Shown here piece by piece: positions 1-13,511 of a stretch of 64,000 nt of DNA. The DNA comes from Ginglymostoma cirratum (Eukaryota), in NCBI GenBank assembly GCA_024137785.1, contig JAHRHZ010000062.1, positions 28,920,937 through 28,984,936 of the forward strand, in the 5' to 3' direction. Position 1 is the stretch's first letter. Each line of letters starts with the position of its first letter. The notes under the pieces are model-generated. The model was given only the letters and a program-made list of their open reading frames with translations. It was not told where the DNA came from and searched no databases. Position numbers and translations under genes: made by a program.

Positions 1-339
1 CCAACGTTGACTCTTTACAGCTAATATGTCAACAGGATCCTTTATAGTGCCCTTTGTACCTTCTTCAAAATTCTACTTTAATCTCTTTTAATCACAATTT
101 CTGAAACCTTCCTACACAAACCTTGAATTTAATTTTTATTATCAACACTGAAAGCATGTATTTTTTAAAATTTAAAGTTTGTTTTTACCCTCTTATTCCA
201 TGCAATTTCACATAGAGTTTGGGATTCAGCATAATACAAAATTTGTTGCTGCAGTTAAAATAAGCTTTTGTTTGCCTCAAAATACATCTCATGACCTGTA
301 AAAGCTGAGTGCCCAAAATGATAATGTGTAGTTTTGGTC

Positions 340-775
340 TCCTTTTATTTGAGGAAGGATGTTCTGGCTATAGAGGGAGTGCAACAAAGGATTCCTGGAT
401 GGCAGGACTGACATATGAAGTGAGACTGCATCTGTTCAAACCATTTTCACTCGAGTTTAGAAGAATAAGGAGTGATCTCATAGAGTCATATTCTAAGGGG
501 TAGACCATTTAGGACTGAGATGCGGAGAAATTTCTTCACCCAGAGAATTGTGAGCCTATGAAATTCTGTGCCACAGAAAGCCGTTGAGGCCACAATGTTG
601 AATGTTTTAAGGAAGAAATTAGATATAATTCTTAGGGTTAAAGGGATCAAAGGGTATGGGGAGAAAGTGGGAAGAGGGTACTGAATAGGATGATCAACTA
701 TGATCATATTGAAAGCTGTAGCAGGCTTGAAGGGTCAAATGACCTACTCCTGGTCCTGTTTTCTATGTTTCTATA
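340..775 (+). mobile_element. CR1-clade LINE 3' fragment
   Basis: Decayed ORF2 C-terminus (LEFRRIRSDLIE), the ttcttcacccagagaattgtg motif and a (tctatgtt)-like tail. Confidence 0.8.
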
Positions 776-1162
776 TTTTTACCCCAGTTTCCCTTCCCTT
801 GCCTTGATGAGTTACAAATTGTGACAAATTATAAAGTGTGAACCAGAAGGTTGATGAAACAAGTTGAGATGTCAAACCTTCATAGATTCTATGTATGTTA
901 TTTTACTGGTACAATGTTATGTTATGTACTAGACTTCCTGCTATTGAGCAAAATTATAAAATATTTGAAAAGTTTGTGGAATATCTTAGTACTATGACTA
1001 ATCTTTATATTATACATGCAAATCTGTGCCTACCATGATTCCTATTTAAGGCGAATTTCAAAGATTTCAACTCACAGTTATTCCACATGTATAGTGTACT
1101 TTAATTGAATGGCTTATAGGTTTCTTAATTTACTTTGTAAATGTCACTTTCTTGTTTACCAG

Positions 1163-1304
1163 ATTTACAGCCTTGATCTTGGTGGTATATCAACTATTAT
1201 CGTGAATGGGTATGATGCAATCAAAGAATGCCTTGTTCACCAGAGTGATATTTTTGCAGACAGACCATCTCTACCTCTCTTTAAAAAGCTGACTAACATG
1301 GGAG
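1163..1304 (+). CDS. CYP2R1: CYP2R1 vitamin D 25-hydroxylase, coding exon 2 (142 bp)
   Basis: AG at 1161-1162 and GT at 1305. Encodes [47 protein letters not shown], matching CYP2R1. Ends in phase 1, compatible with the next exon. Confidence 0.96.
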
Positions 1305-4300
1305 GTAACCTGATATGATAACTACCTTTTGTCATAAAATTACATTTGGCTACATCTTTTGTAACTGAATTTCTTTCCTGTTAATTTACATCTGTCAATA
1401 GGGTCTGTACATTGGAAATATATGATAAAACTAAAACAGTGAGGAATGCACATACATAATGTTGCAAATATCAAGTTAATTGTTTACAGACTTTAGAATA
1501 TAACTTTTAGTTTTAAGAATTAACATTGAACTATAGAAAATGGGGATATCTGTTTGCAAACCTGGTAAAAACAATTCTGATGTAAGCGTAACTCAAATAA
1601 ACCTGGATTTATTACACTTAAATAGTAGCCTTTGTTTGTCTTGAATGGTCAGGGGTGCTAGTGAAATATTTGAACAAGGAATAATCCACTTCTAAGCTTG
1701 ACTGGAGCAAGACAGTCTGGAGACAGGGCAGTTAGCATTAGCAATATTGATTATACGTAGGGTTTACAGAATCAAAGAGTTATTAAAAGTAAAATAATTT
1801 GTTTTCATTTCTGATTGAATCATCTGAAAGCACACCATATTATCATGGACACAAATTATGGGGCTGGAAGGTTGCTTTGTTTATATTATCTGTGTTTTTG
1901 TTAATGGAATCAGTCAAGTTTGTGAGGGTCATGCAACTGGGAGGTTTGCTCTAACTTGCAGGCTGTGAAAGAAATCTGCAGTGGTCTTGGGAGTGTGTAG
2001 AAGAAAGCAGTCAGCTTGGAAAGAGCTAAACAGAAGCTGCAGAAGCAGGCTGGGGAAAAGCTGTCTATGTACATCCAAAGGCAAGACATGGAGTGGAGCA
2101 GGCCAAGAGTCTTTAAAGAACTTAGTGGAAGGATCCATGTGTAACATGTATTTTAAGGAATAGCTAGAATAACCAAGACAACTGAAGCAAATTCTGGAGG
2201 ACTGTAGCATACCTTTGTAGGTCTCAGGAGAAATAAAAGAACCTTCAATATTTCAGAAGGCATGGGAGATCATAAGGGGTGGGTGATGAGTGAAAAGTAA
2301 CACTCTGGTATGTAACATATGTTTTTATAAGCTTCAGTGTTAAGCTAGTGTGCTCGCTTTGTTTAATTTCTATTTGATTTTAAATAAAAACAAACTTTAT
2401 TTAAATGTGAAATATTGTGATAGTGCTGTTGGGTAATTACTGGGAGTTCAGATTTCTTCAAAATGTAATGGTCCCTAACAGGTACAATGGCCAAAAAAAA
2501 ATTTAGAGAAGATGGTTTTGTCAGTTGCAGGCAGTCTAGCACTTAATAGCGATGTCCAGCAATGAGTTAATTGCTGACAAGAAAAAAAAGATTTGAATGC
2601 ACTGCACTTTGGACCACACCAGCATCTTCCATCGTGATGCTGCTACCAGCACACTTTGTGACCAGGAATAGGAAGCCATCTGATAGATTCAACCAGGTTG
2701 CACCCCAGGGCTTCGCACTTGCTCACTTTGCACCTAATTCACAGCGTCCCTGCTTTACCTTATCTGTTTGCTCTTTGACCCCCTCAGCCAGACCTTACAG
2801 TCTCTCAGGACTTCTGTCTTGCCTTTTCATTTAGGCCAGGCACAAAGCCAGGTTGCTTGTCATGGGTGCCAGCAGTGATCAGTCAAGGAGTGCACATGTT
2901 GCTGTATGTCACCGCGCTGTGTCAATGTCACACCTGCACCATGTGCCAGCAGTTTGTATGGTAAACACACTGAATATGGTTTAACCAAATGTCCATGTCT
3001 CCAAGTCTGAAGAGAATAAATCTGAGATTTCAATTGAGACAGCCTTCAGCCAGGCATAAGTCAAGGCAGCATCAAGTACCAGGCCAGGGGCTTGGACATG
3101 GTCAGTGGACTGCTTTTCTCTAGGCGTTCACAGGATGTGGGCACTGCTGGCTGAGTCAGTACTTTTGTGTCCGTTCCTGATGGCCTTGAGAAGGTTGTGG
3201 TGACTGCTAGTAGTAGTCAGTGCCAGGGAGTCAGTGTCTTTTCAGTTTGAGGCGTGGACCACAATTAGTCCTGCCAGTCCTGTGCCGTGGCTCCGGGGAT
3301 TCACGGGGAGTCAGTCAGGAGCTGCACAAAGCCCAGGTAGCAGCTGGGCCATGTGTCAGTCATGGTTGTCCAACCGGATCACAATCAATCTTGACCATGT
3401 CATAGGCTATTACAGATTGATGATTGTTATCTATGTGTAGCAGAACTAATCTCAGGTGACCATAAAAGTTTCACTCCTCAGCCACAATTCTGAAAGACAG
3501 TCTGAGATCTTGTCTGTATAAAGGCACACAGCTGAATTCCTCTCACCTTGAAATGTAAATGTTTGACTGCTCTATTATGTAATCCTCCCTTTCTCTGGTG
3601 ACGTAGGGTCCACGGTGGGTGCAAGCTTTCAATAATCCTACCGATGTACAGTCTTCAACTGCATTTGCCTGACGCAGCCTGTGCTGCTTACATTAGAAGA
3701 ATAAGTTCCCCATGTCAAAGGTCCACATAGAAGCATTCCATGGCTGTCTTTGTCCAAGTCCTCAAGTCCCAGTGTATTGAGGACAATGTTAAACTGTTGT
3801 TTGTGTGTGATGTGAATGTTGCCTGTTCACATTACTAAGGACCTGTTCTGTTTCTGATGTTCCCCACACAGGTTCATTGGAAATGTGACTAATGGATCCA
3901 GCCACAGCACGGGGCTATCGTTGTTGTGCTACAGTCACTGTAAATTTGTTCCAGTTCAAAAGGCACGCAATCCCTGTACGCTCCTAGAAGCAACACTTCA
4001 GCCAAATTTCCTTTTCTCTTTGCTTCTGCTGTTGTTGAATAAAAATGAATATTTACAATTGTTTGAAGACATTCCAGTATGTGACGATCCCACACTGAAC
4101 AATGAGAAGATATTATACCGCACTGGCCATGAGGGAAATAGTAGACAGGCTTCCAAGATGAATCAGGCTAGGCTCAGCCAACCGGTGTCACCCAGTTCTT
4201 AAATGTCTATCCATTTATGAACATCCACATGTATTTGTAATGAAGTGTCAGCCATGCCATCTGTGTGCCCTCCAAAGCTTTTCTTTTTCGTTTACCACTA

Positions 4301-4860
4301 TGTGCACAATGAAGGACTGGCAGCATTGACATGGTGAATGACTGATCTTTGAAAATAGTGCTAGCATTGGGAGCTCTGGGCAATCCCGGTAGTAGTGAGC
4401 TGTTCCGCTATTTGCTGAGACGAACATCTCATGAATGGGCCACCATAAAGGGGTCGTGCATAGTTGATGTGAATGTAGAGAATAGCATGTGAAAACTCAC
4501 TCATGTTTGCAGAGAGAAACCTGCCATGAAGCTCTTTGAAATTGGCACTTAGCTAATTTCTGGAAAATTTCAGCCGAAATGCCTCTTTGCCACTTCTCTG
4601 GAATGATATGAGCATGCTGGGGCCTTAGCAATATGCAAATTGAAGAAGCAAAAGCTTATAATTTGATCCAACGTACATTTCTCTCAACACACTTTGTGCT
4701 CAAAAAGATTCCTCAATAATATATCATTTTCAAATATCATTTTTCCAATCTATGTTTAATTGTTACTGGAAGAATCTTTTCTGAAAGTCTTTCTTTGTAG
4801 GAATAGATGTAGAAGAAAACCTATATTAAATGTACAGTAAGGGGAAACCCTTTGAGTTTA

Positions 4861-4890
4861 GTGCCCTCTACTGGTGCTTCCTCAGAATTG
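4861..4890 (-). promoter_or_regulatory. Candidate CTCF binding site
   Basis: The - strand reads CCAGTAGAGGGCAC, matching the CCASYAGRKGGCRS core, with a GCAATTCT upstream-module-like sequence 9 nt before it. Confidence 0.55.
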
Positions 4891-4984
4891 CTGTGCAATT
4901 CACCATCTATTGTGAGGACATCTCCAGAAACTGACTGGTTGTACAATTGCAAAATTTTAGATGGCACAAAACTGGAAAGAATCA

Positions 4985-5467
4985 GTTAATATACTGGTGA
5001 GAATTGGTTAACAGCGCGAATGTAAGTAAGGCAGGCACAAATTGGATACCACAGGAATCAGTGATTAGACCCAGCCATTCATAATATATATCAACAATTT
5101 GGACCAGCAAATCAAATGTAATGTTTTCAAGGTTGCTGATAACACAAAATGAGGTGGTGTTGTGAGTTTGACGAGGATGAAAAGAGGCTTCACCGTGATT
5201 TAGACAAGTTGAGTGTGCAGGCAAATGCATAGCAGATGCACTATAACTTGGAAAAGTGTAAGTTAAAAACCGAAAGAACTGTGGAAACTGTAAATCAGAA
5301 ACAAAAACAGAAGTTGGCAGAAAAACTCAGCAGGTCTGGCAGCATCTGTGAAGAGAAATTACGTTTCGGGTCCAGTAACCCTTCCTCAGAAGTTCCAGCA
5401 ACTTCTGTAAAACTGTGAAGTTGTCCACTTTGGTAGGAAAGACAGAATGGTAGAGTATAATTTAAAT
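4985..5467 (+). mobile_element. CR1 LINE RT fragment, left part of an interrupted host element
   Basis: Decayed PQGSV-/FADDTK-like coding remnants. Continues at 8900. Confidence 0.75.
5265..5415. mobile_element. Penelope-like terminal repeat fragment with a hammerhead core on the - strand
   Basis: Shares aaactcagcaggtctggcagcatctgtgaagagaaat with several other copies in the window. The - strand reads CTGAGGA-A-GGGTT-ACTG-GACCC-GAAACGT. Confidence 0.65.
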
Positions 5468-8400
5468 AGATTCATACAATCGTATAGGATTGACAAGGAC
5501 CTTCAGCCCATTGAGTCTACACTGACAAAACTACTCTAAATCTGCAGCAGTCTAATTTTCCCACACTTGACCCTTGGCCTTGAATGTCGTGACTTTTCAA
5601 GTGCTCGTCTATGTACCACACACATGTTGTGAGGTTTCCCTCCTGAACGAACTCCAAGAAAGCATTCAAGATTTCCATCCTTCCTGTGGGTGAAAGTTGT
5701 TTTCCACAAATCCTTTCTAAAATCCCTGCCTTTCACCTTAAAACTATGTTCCCTCCTTTTTGACCTTTCAACTAGGGAGAACAGCTGCTTTCCATCCATC
5801 CTGTCCATGCCTCTCATAATCTTATACACTCAATCAGATCCCCTCTCAACCTTCTATGCTCTAAAGAAAACAACTCAAGCCTATCTAGCTTCTCTTCACA
5901 GCTGAACTGCTCCATCTCCGGCAATATGTTGGCGAATCTCCTTCTCATCCCCTTCTGTGCAATCACATCCTTCCTATAGTGCGGTGACCAGAACTGCACA
6001 CAGTACTCCAGCTGTGGCCTAGGCAAATTCCTGTTCATCTCCAACATAACCTCCCTGCTCTTAGAACCTATGCCATGACTGATAAAGGCAAGTGTCCCGT
6101 ATGCCGCCTTAACAACCCTACTAATCTGTCCTGCTGCTTCAAGGATCTGTGGACAAACACCCCAAGATCGCTCTGTTCCTCTTGAGCTTTCTAGTATCCT
6201 GCCATTCATGGTATACCTCTTGTCTTGTTCCTTCTTGCAAAGTGCATCACCTCGCGCTGTTCAGGGTTAAATTCCATCTGTCACTGATCTGTCCATCTGA
6301 CCAATCCGTCTATATTCTACTGTAACATAAGTCATTGTTCGTCACTGTCAACCATCTGGCCAATCTTTGTGTCCCATCTGCAAACTTACTTATTAATCCC
6401 CCTCCCCCCACCCCCTTATTCTCTTCTATGTCATTTATATATCACAAACAATGAGAGTCACAGCACTGATCCCTGTGGTACACCACTGGACACCAACTCC
6501 CCATCACAAAAGTAACCTTCTATCACCACACTTGTTTTCTGCCATGGAGCTGACTTTGAATCCAACTTGTCAAGTTACCCTGGATCCCAAGCACTTTTAA
6601 CTTCTTTATCAGACTCCCATGTGAGACCTTATCAAAGACTTTGCTGAAATCCAGCTAAAATACTTCAACCACACTACCCTCATTTCTTCACCTGGTCACC
6701 TCCTTGAAAATTTCAATCAAATTTGTTAGGCACGACTGCTTCTAACAAAATCATGCTGACTATCATTGATCAAACCTTGCCTCTCCAAGTAGAGATTAAT
6801 TGTCTCCTTCCAAATTTTCTGCAATAGTTTCCCTACAACTGATAATGAGACTCACTAGCTGTAATACCCTGGTTTATCTCTAAAACTCTTCTTGAACAGT
6901 GGAACCACATTAGCTGCCCTCCAGTTTTCTGGTACTTCCCCTGTAGCTAGCTAGATACGACTTAAAATGTGGATCAGAGTCCTTGTAATTTTCTCCTTGT
7001 TTCCCACAGCAACCTGGGATAAAGCTTGTCTGGACATTGGGATTTTGCCACTTTTAAGCCCACCAAAACCTTCAATAGCTTCTCACTCCCTATGTCAATC
7101 TGCCTAAGAACCTCAGAATTCCTCTTCTCATTCTGCCCCAATATCCCCCTTCTCCAAAGTGAACACAGACGTGAAGTACTCAGTTAACATCGAACCAATG
7201 TCCTCTAGCTCCACACAGATTTCCCATTACGGCCCTAATAGGCCTTACTCTTTCCCTGGTTATTCTCTTCCTCTTGATATACTTGTGGAATATTTTGGGA
7301 TTCTTTCTAATCTTACCTGTCAGTGTTTTTTCCTGTCTCCTCTTTGATTTCCTAATAGCTTTCTCAAGTTCCCTCCTGCATTTTCTAAACTCCACGGTGG
7401 CCTCTGTTGATTTGTTCTCTTTGTACCTTTTAAAAGTCTCTCTTTTCCTTCATATCCAGTCCTGAATATTCCTAGACATTAGGTTCTCCGGGCTTGTTGC
7501 TCCGACACTTCACTCTAAAAGGAATATTTTGGGCCTGTCACTAATTCCAATTTGAGTGCTCCCACTGTTCTGCTGTAGATTTACTCAGCAATAACTGTTC
7601 CTAGTCTATTTTGACCAGATCCAGTCTTATTTTAATAAAATCTGCCTTCCCCTTGTCCAAACCCCTTTCTTTGCAGACGATAATTTTTCTTTTCCATTCC
7701 AAACATAAGATATACAAGGTGTTGTGGTCACTGTAGCTAAGGTGCTTCCCCCCTCCCCTCTGGCACCTCAAACAACTGTTTGGCTTTGTTCCCCAGAATT
7801 AGGCCCAGAAATGCATTGCCCCCTATTGGACCTCCTACATATTGATGTGTAGAAAACTCTCCTGAATACGTTTTAAGAAATCTGCCCCCTCTAAACCTTT
7901 TACACCATGTCTATTCTAGTTAATTTTGGGGAAGTTGAAATCTTCTAATATAATCACCATATTTTTATTTTAACACACCTTAGTGAAATGTCTATATTAA
8001 CCACTGACTGACTGGGGGCCTATAATATATTCCTAACAGTGTGACTGCCCCCATTTTATTCACAGGCTCTTCCTACAAAACCTCCTTTGAAGATCCTTCT
8101 AAGATAATGTGCCTCCTTACTGCAGTCCTGCTGTGCCCTCAGCCACATCACAACAACATCACAATTCCACATATCAATCCACATCCTTAATCCATCTGTC
8201 TTGCCTGTAGTACTCCTAGCATTAGAGGCCATCCCACCTCACCCTTCTCCCTGGAAACTCAACATGGCTGAACTGCCATTGCCTTGGTTCCCAGACTAAA
8301 CTATGCTGAGTTCTTATTGTACTAATGCTCTGTGTCCCTTCTCCCTGCTAACTGGTTGAACTCTTCCAACAGCAGTAGCGTATCCATCTACAAGGACGGT

Positions 8401-8899
8401 GGCCCCATTTTTGTTCAGGTGCAGTCTGTCCTGCTTATACAAGTCCCACCTCCCCAGAAATGGTCCTAGGGTCCAGGAATCTAAAACACTCCCTCCTGCA
8501 CCAACTCTTGAGCTACACGTTCATCTGCCCTAGCCCTCTACTTCTTTGCTCATGAGCACATGGCTGTGGGATATTCTAGAGATTATAACCTTTGAGTTCC
8601 TGCTTCTTAATCTACTGCTGAACTCCCTAAATTCTTGATGGAAGACCTCATGCGTAATTCTACTTATATCATTGGTACTAATGTATACCACAACCTTTGT
8701 CTTATCCTTTTCATTCTGGATTCCTGACCCTAGCATTAGGGAGCCAAATACACCATTCTTGAGTCATGTCATCAGCTGCAGACATGGTTGTATGTTCCCC
8801 TATCACTCTTCCTTTCTTCTTCCTGCCTTCCTGTACAGTCAGGCCATTTGTGGTGCCAGAAGCTTGGCTCTGTCTGCATTCACTTGAGGAACCAGTGAC
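5468..8899 (-). mobile_element. About 3.4 kb decayed CR1 LINE (ORF1 esterase remnant, ORF2 remnants, 3' tail)
   Basis: ORF 5814-6209 (RPQLEYCVQFWSPHYRKD...LEHRRLRGDLIE), ORF 7180-7395 (IRKNPKIFHKYI) and ORF 8530-8736 (VVVYISTNDI, SGNH-esterase-like ORF1). Confidence 0.9.
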
Positions 8900-9670
8900 A
8901 AATGGTGATAGATTGAGAAAGGTTGATGTACAAAGGGACCTGGGTGTCTTTGTATATAAAACAGTGAAAGGAAACACACAGGCGTAGCAAGAAGTTAGGA
9001 GAGTAAATGATATGTTGGCCTTCATTGCACAAGGGTTTCAGTAGAAGCAAAGAAGACTTACTGCAGCTGTACAGGCCCCTGGTGAGACCACATGTGGAGA
9101 ATTGTTAGCAGTTTTGATCTCCTCATCGATGAAAAGATATATTTACCATAGAGGGAGTGCAGACAAGGTTCACCAGATGACAGATGCTTGTTATCTCGGA
9201 TTCTCCAGCATCTGCAGTACCTTTTATCTCTCACCAGATGACAGGTTTGTCATATGAGGAGAGTTTAGAGTGACTGGGTCTGTATTCACCATAGTTTAGA
9301 AGAATGAGATCTCACTGAAATGTATTAAATTCTGACTGGAATTTAGGGCTGGACAGACTGGATACAGGGGTTACTTTTCCCCTGACCAGAGCTTCAGAAC
9401 AGGTGTTCACCATTTCAGGACGTAGGGTTGGCCATTTCAGACATTTCACTCAGAGGCTGATGAACCTCTGCAACACAGAAAACTGTTGGAGTCTAGTCAC
9501 TGACTATATTTTAAAAAAATAGATGGATTTCTAGAGGCTAAAGGTGTCAGGTTTGGGGAGTCACAAGGTAGTGTTGAGATAGAGGATCAGCCATGGTCAT
9601 GTTGGAAGGTGAAGGGGGTGTGACTGATTAACTGGCCTTCTCCTGCTCCTACTCTCTATGTTTCCATAAT
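8900..9670 (+). mobile_element. CR1 LINE 3' part, right part of the interrupted host element
   Basis: Resumes at NGDRLRKVDVQRDLGVFV and runs to a ctctatgtttc tail. Confidence 0.8.
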
Positions 9671-9769
9671 TAACTTTAACAGAGAACTAAACATTTTGCT
9701 TATTGGTCAATTAGGTTGCAGCTGTGCCTTTATTCCACAACCAACAGATCAGATCAAAGGTCTACCAAC

Positions 9770-10980
9770 ATCCAACCTTGAATGGTTGTGTTTAATTAAA
9801 CAACTCAATGGAGGAGGAGGAGGCTCTCCAAATATCCCTATCATCAATATGGGGGAACCCAACATATCAGTGCAAAAGATAAGGCTGAAGAATTCACAGC
9901 AATCTTTGGTCAAAATTGCTAAGTGGATGATGCAGCTGGGCCTTCTCCAGTGTTACCAATATTTGCAAATAGCAGTCTCTAGCCAACTGCATTAGTTCCA
10001 CATGATCTCAAACAATAGCTGAAGGTACTAGACATTGAAAGGCTACGGGCCCTGACAACATTCAGGCAATAGTATTGAAGACTTGTGCTCCAGAACTTGC
10101 CACTCTCCTAGCCAAGCTTTTCCAGTATAGTAACAACACTGGCATTTACCCAATGATGCGGAAAATAGCCCAGGTATGTCCTGTACACACAAAGCAGGAC
10201 AAACCCAACTTGGCAGTTACTGACCCATCAGTCTACTCTCGATCATCAGTAAAGTGATGGAAGGTGTCATCAACAAGCAGCACCTGCTCAGCAATAACCT
10301 GCTCAGTGACGCCCGGTTTGCATTCTGCCAGGGCCACTCAGCTCCTGACTTCATTACAGCCTTGGTTCAAACATGGACAGAAGAGCTGAATTCCAGAGGT
10401 GAGGTGATAGTGACTGCCCTTGAAATCAAGACCACATTTGAATGATGTGCATTAGCCAAACTGAAATCTATTGGAAATGAGTTAAACTCTCCGATGGTTG
10501 AAGTGAAACCTGCCACTTAGAAGATAGTCGTGGTTGTTGGAGGTCATCTCAGCTGCAGGACATTGATACAGCTTCAACAACAGGCAAGAAGCTCAATGCC
10601 ATCCAGGATAAAGCAGCCTGCCTGATAGGCATATCTACAAACGTCATTCCCTCTACCATCCTCAAGGGGCACTGCAGAAATTCACCAAGGCTCCTTAGAC
10701 GACACCTTCTAGATCTATGACCACTACCAACTGGAAGGATAAGGACAGCAGGTATGTGGGAACACCACGAACTGCAAGCCACACACCACCTTGACTTGGA
10801 AATATATCACTGTTTGTTCAGTGTCTATCAGTCAAAACTCTGGAACTCCCTCCCTCACAGTATTGGGCGTCTGCCTACATTAAATGAACTGAAGTGGTTC
10901 AAGGAGGCAGCTCAACACCACGTTCTCAAGGGTAACTATGGAGGGGCAATAACTGCCATCTATATCCATGACTCATGATG
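9770..10980 (+). mobile_element. Decayed LINE RT fragment (second family, CR1/jockey-group-like)
   Basis: KTCAPELATLLAKLFQYS...IAQVCPVH and LLSDARFAFCQGHSAPD. Homologous copies recur across the window. Confidence 0.8.
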
Positions 10981-10999
10981 AAGGGAAATAAAATCACTA

Positions 11000-11345
11000 G
11001 ACTAAGAGATGAGCTAACAAAAGCATTAACATTATTTCAGGGCTCTACAATGTGAATGTTTCCTTTCGCTGGAGAGTTTAGAATCAGTCTTGGAATATGA
11101 AAAGTCTATTTAGGCTTGAGATGAGAAGATATTTTTTCACTCAAAAGTTTACGAATCTTTGGTAATCTTTATACCTGACAGCTGTGATGTTCAGTCACTG
11201 AGTATATTTAAGACAGAGATTGATAGATTTTTGGCTACAAAGAGAATTAAGGGCTTTTGGAGTAGTGAGGAAGGTGTGGTTAAGGGACAAGATCAGCCAG
11301 GATCTTACTAACTGGTGGAAAGCTCCTATTTCTTATGTTCTTGAT
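11000..11345 (+). mobile_element. CR1 3' fragment
   Basis: CR1 3' motifs (agacagagattgatagattttt, gatcagccaggatctt) and a ttcttatgttctt tail. Confidence 0.7.
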
Positions 11346-12448
11346 TTCTAGATAATTTGTAATTTACTGCAATTTGGGAGACTGAGGCCATTTTACAATA
11401 ATGCCCCAAATTCAGAACCATCTGACATTTTATAACTATTTGAAGTGTAATATCTTTCTCTGTTTTCATCATTTTTAACTATTATTGTATTTGTTTAAAT
11501 GATTCCCTAGAAAGCTGTTGCAGAACCTTCTAAAAGTAAATTTGCAGATGTCATTGATTTTACTGCTCAGTTATAAATTGTTCAATTATGTTAAATGTTG
11601 AACCCTCTTCAGCAAGTTTTCCAAGGATTATAATTTTTTTTGAAATTACTAGATAATGAAGATAAATTATTAATAAAGCTTCATCATGAAGAATTTTAAC
11701 TTTGGTTTCTTTTCAGAAATTTTCCTTAATGAGAACTAAAGCTAACGAAGTTTTATATACTTCAGAATTATCCTATTTTTGCTGTAAAAAATGTTTTCAA
11801 GCATTGAAGTGCCTTTAGATGAAGAAATACTGTATTCTAACTTTTTGTACAAATGGAGGGAAATCTGTTTTCTTGAGCTGTTTCCCTGCCCTTTGCTGTG
11901 ATTTCTAGCACAATGACGGATTCATGCCTTTCTCATTCTTCTGCAAGATCTTCTTCCCCATTTTACATAGAATAAAATTGCATCACGCTGACAACTTCTT
12001 GAAGAAATATTTTCAGTCAAACAATGAAAGAAATTGGTTTTTGCCTCCAAGACAAATTTGAATAAAGCCTTCAATTTTCCATGAGATTGCTCAAATTAAA
12101 CTGCTGTTGTCCCAATTTTTACAATAAAGTTCCTCTTTTATAACAAAGAATTATTATAACAACACTTGTTTGCTTAATATAGCATGTTAATCCTCCTTTT
12201 AGCCTCTCAGTCTAGAATATTCTTTTTAAAAGTGAAATATTTCACCCTTCCTTTAAGGAACTTAACTCATACAGGTTGTCTGATATTGACCACTGTCACT
12301 GAAATTCTGCTTTGTTATCACAAGGCTTTTTCAACATTTTTCAAGGATACTAATTGATTTGAGATTTTAAAGACAGACTTGGTGCTGTGATGGCTCATAC
12401 AGCATTATTAATGCTGGCTGCTGCTTTGGCGGAAGCTAATTAACTTAA

Positions 12449-12651
12449 AGAATCCCTACAGTGTGGAAACAGGCCATTCAGCCCACCAAGTCCACACCAA
12501 TCCTTTGCAGAGCATCTTACCCAGACCCACCACCCTACCCTATCTCTGTAATTCTGCATTTCCCATGGCTAACCCACCTAGCCTGCACATGCCTGGACAC
12601 TATGGACAATTTAATATGGCCAATCCATCTATCCTTCACATCTTTGGACTG
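12449..12651 (-). mobile_element. 5'-truncated HE1-type SINE
   Basis: Closely similar to the 3' half of the copies at 14056 and 16737. Confidence 0.85.
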
Positions 12652-13511
12652 ACAGGCTCTGTGAGCTATTAGGCTGCTGAACGTTTAAAGACACATTCTC
12701 AGATATCTTACTTCTTTCTTCTCCTTGGATAGTTGTATTTTTGTAGTACTGAAGATTATTTTGGTCTATTGCCGTTGCTAGCACATTTTATGTGACCGTG
12801 GTGTCTGCCACTGCTACCATCTCACATAGTTCAGCTAAACGAAATCTTCAGATGGCTGCAACTATCACCATCACCATTGTGTGTATGTTGGTTCTTCCAA
12901 AACTACCTGGGTTTCTCGGATAGAGTCACTGTCACCAATCGTCCTTACTGGTATTAGCTCACAATACAGATAGCACATGGGGAATGATGGCCACACAATG
13001 TCTTCAGCAGAAGATATCCTCAATCTTGACAAATGATAAACATGTTTATTATATATTACTTAACAGCTCGGAAGATAATATACATTGTACATGGTGGTCT
13101 CTTGTGAGACATGAGCCTGAAGTTAAAAGTAAGTTCACATTAGCTACTGAAACATTCTCACACTGCATTGGTTACAATCGCAGAGCTCTAACAGTGCTGA
13201 AGAGCTCCTCAAAGGAATGCACCTTTGTATCCTGATTGGCAGAACATCTGTCATGATGTTAGTTCACACTTTCAGGTCCAAACTTCCTCATACAACAGGA
13301 AAGAGACCAAGATTGATCATTTGCTCAAGACTACTAGCTGCATAGGATCCTAAATGTTTCAGATTTATCTTTTGCTAGTTTATTTCATTCTTGAGGATGG
13401 GATGTTTGTGGACCCTGTTCCTGTTGCTTGTTTATTGTTCATTACTATTCATGACTGGGATATGGCAGAACTCCTAAGCTTTGACCTGATCCACAGCTTG
13501 TGGAATAGTTT

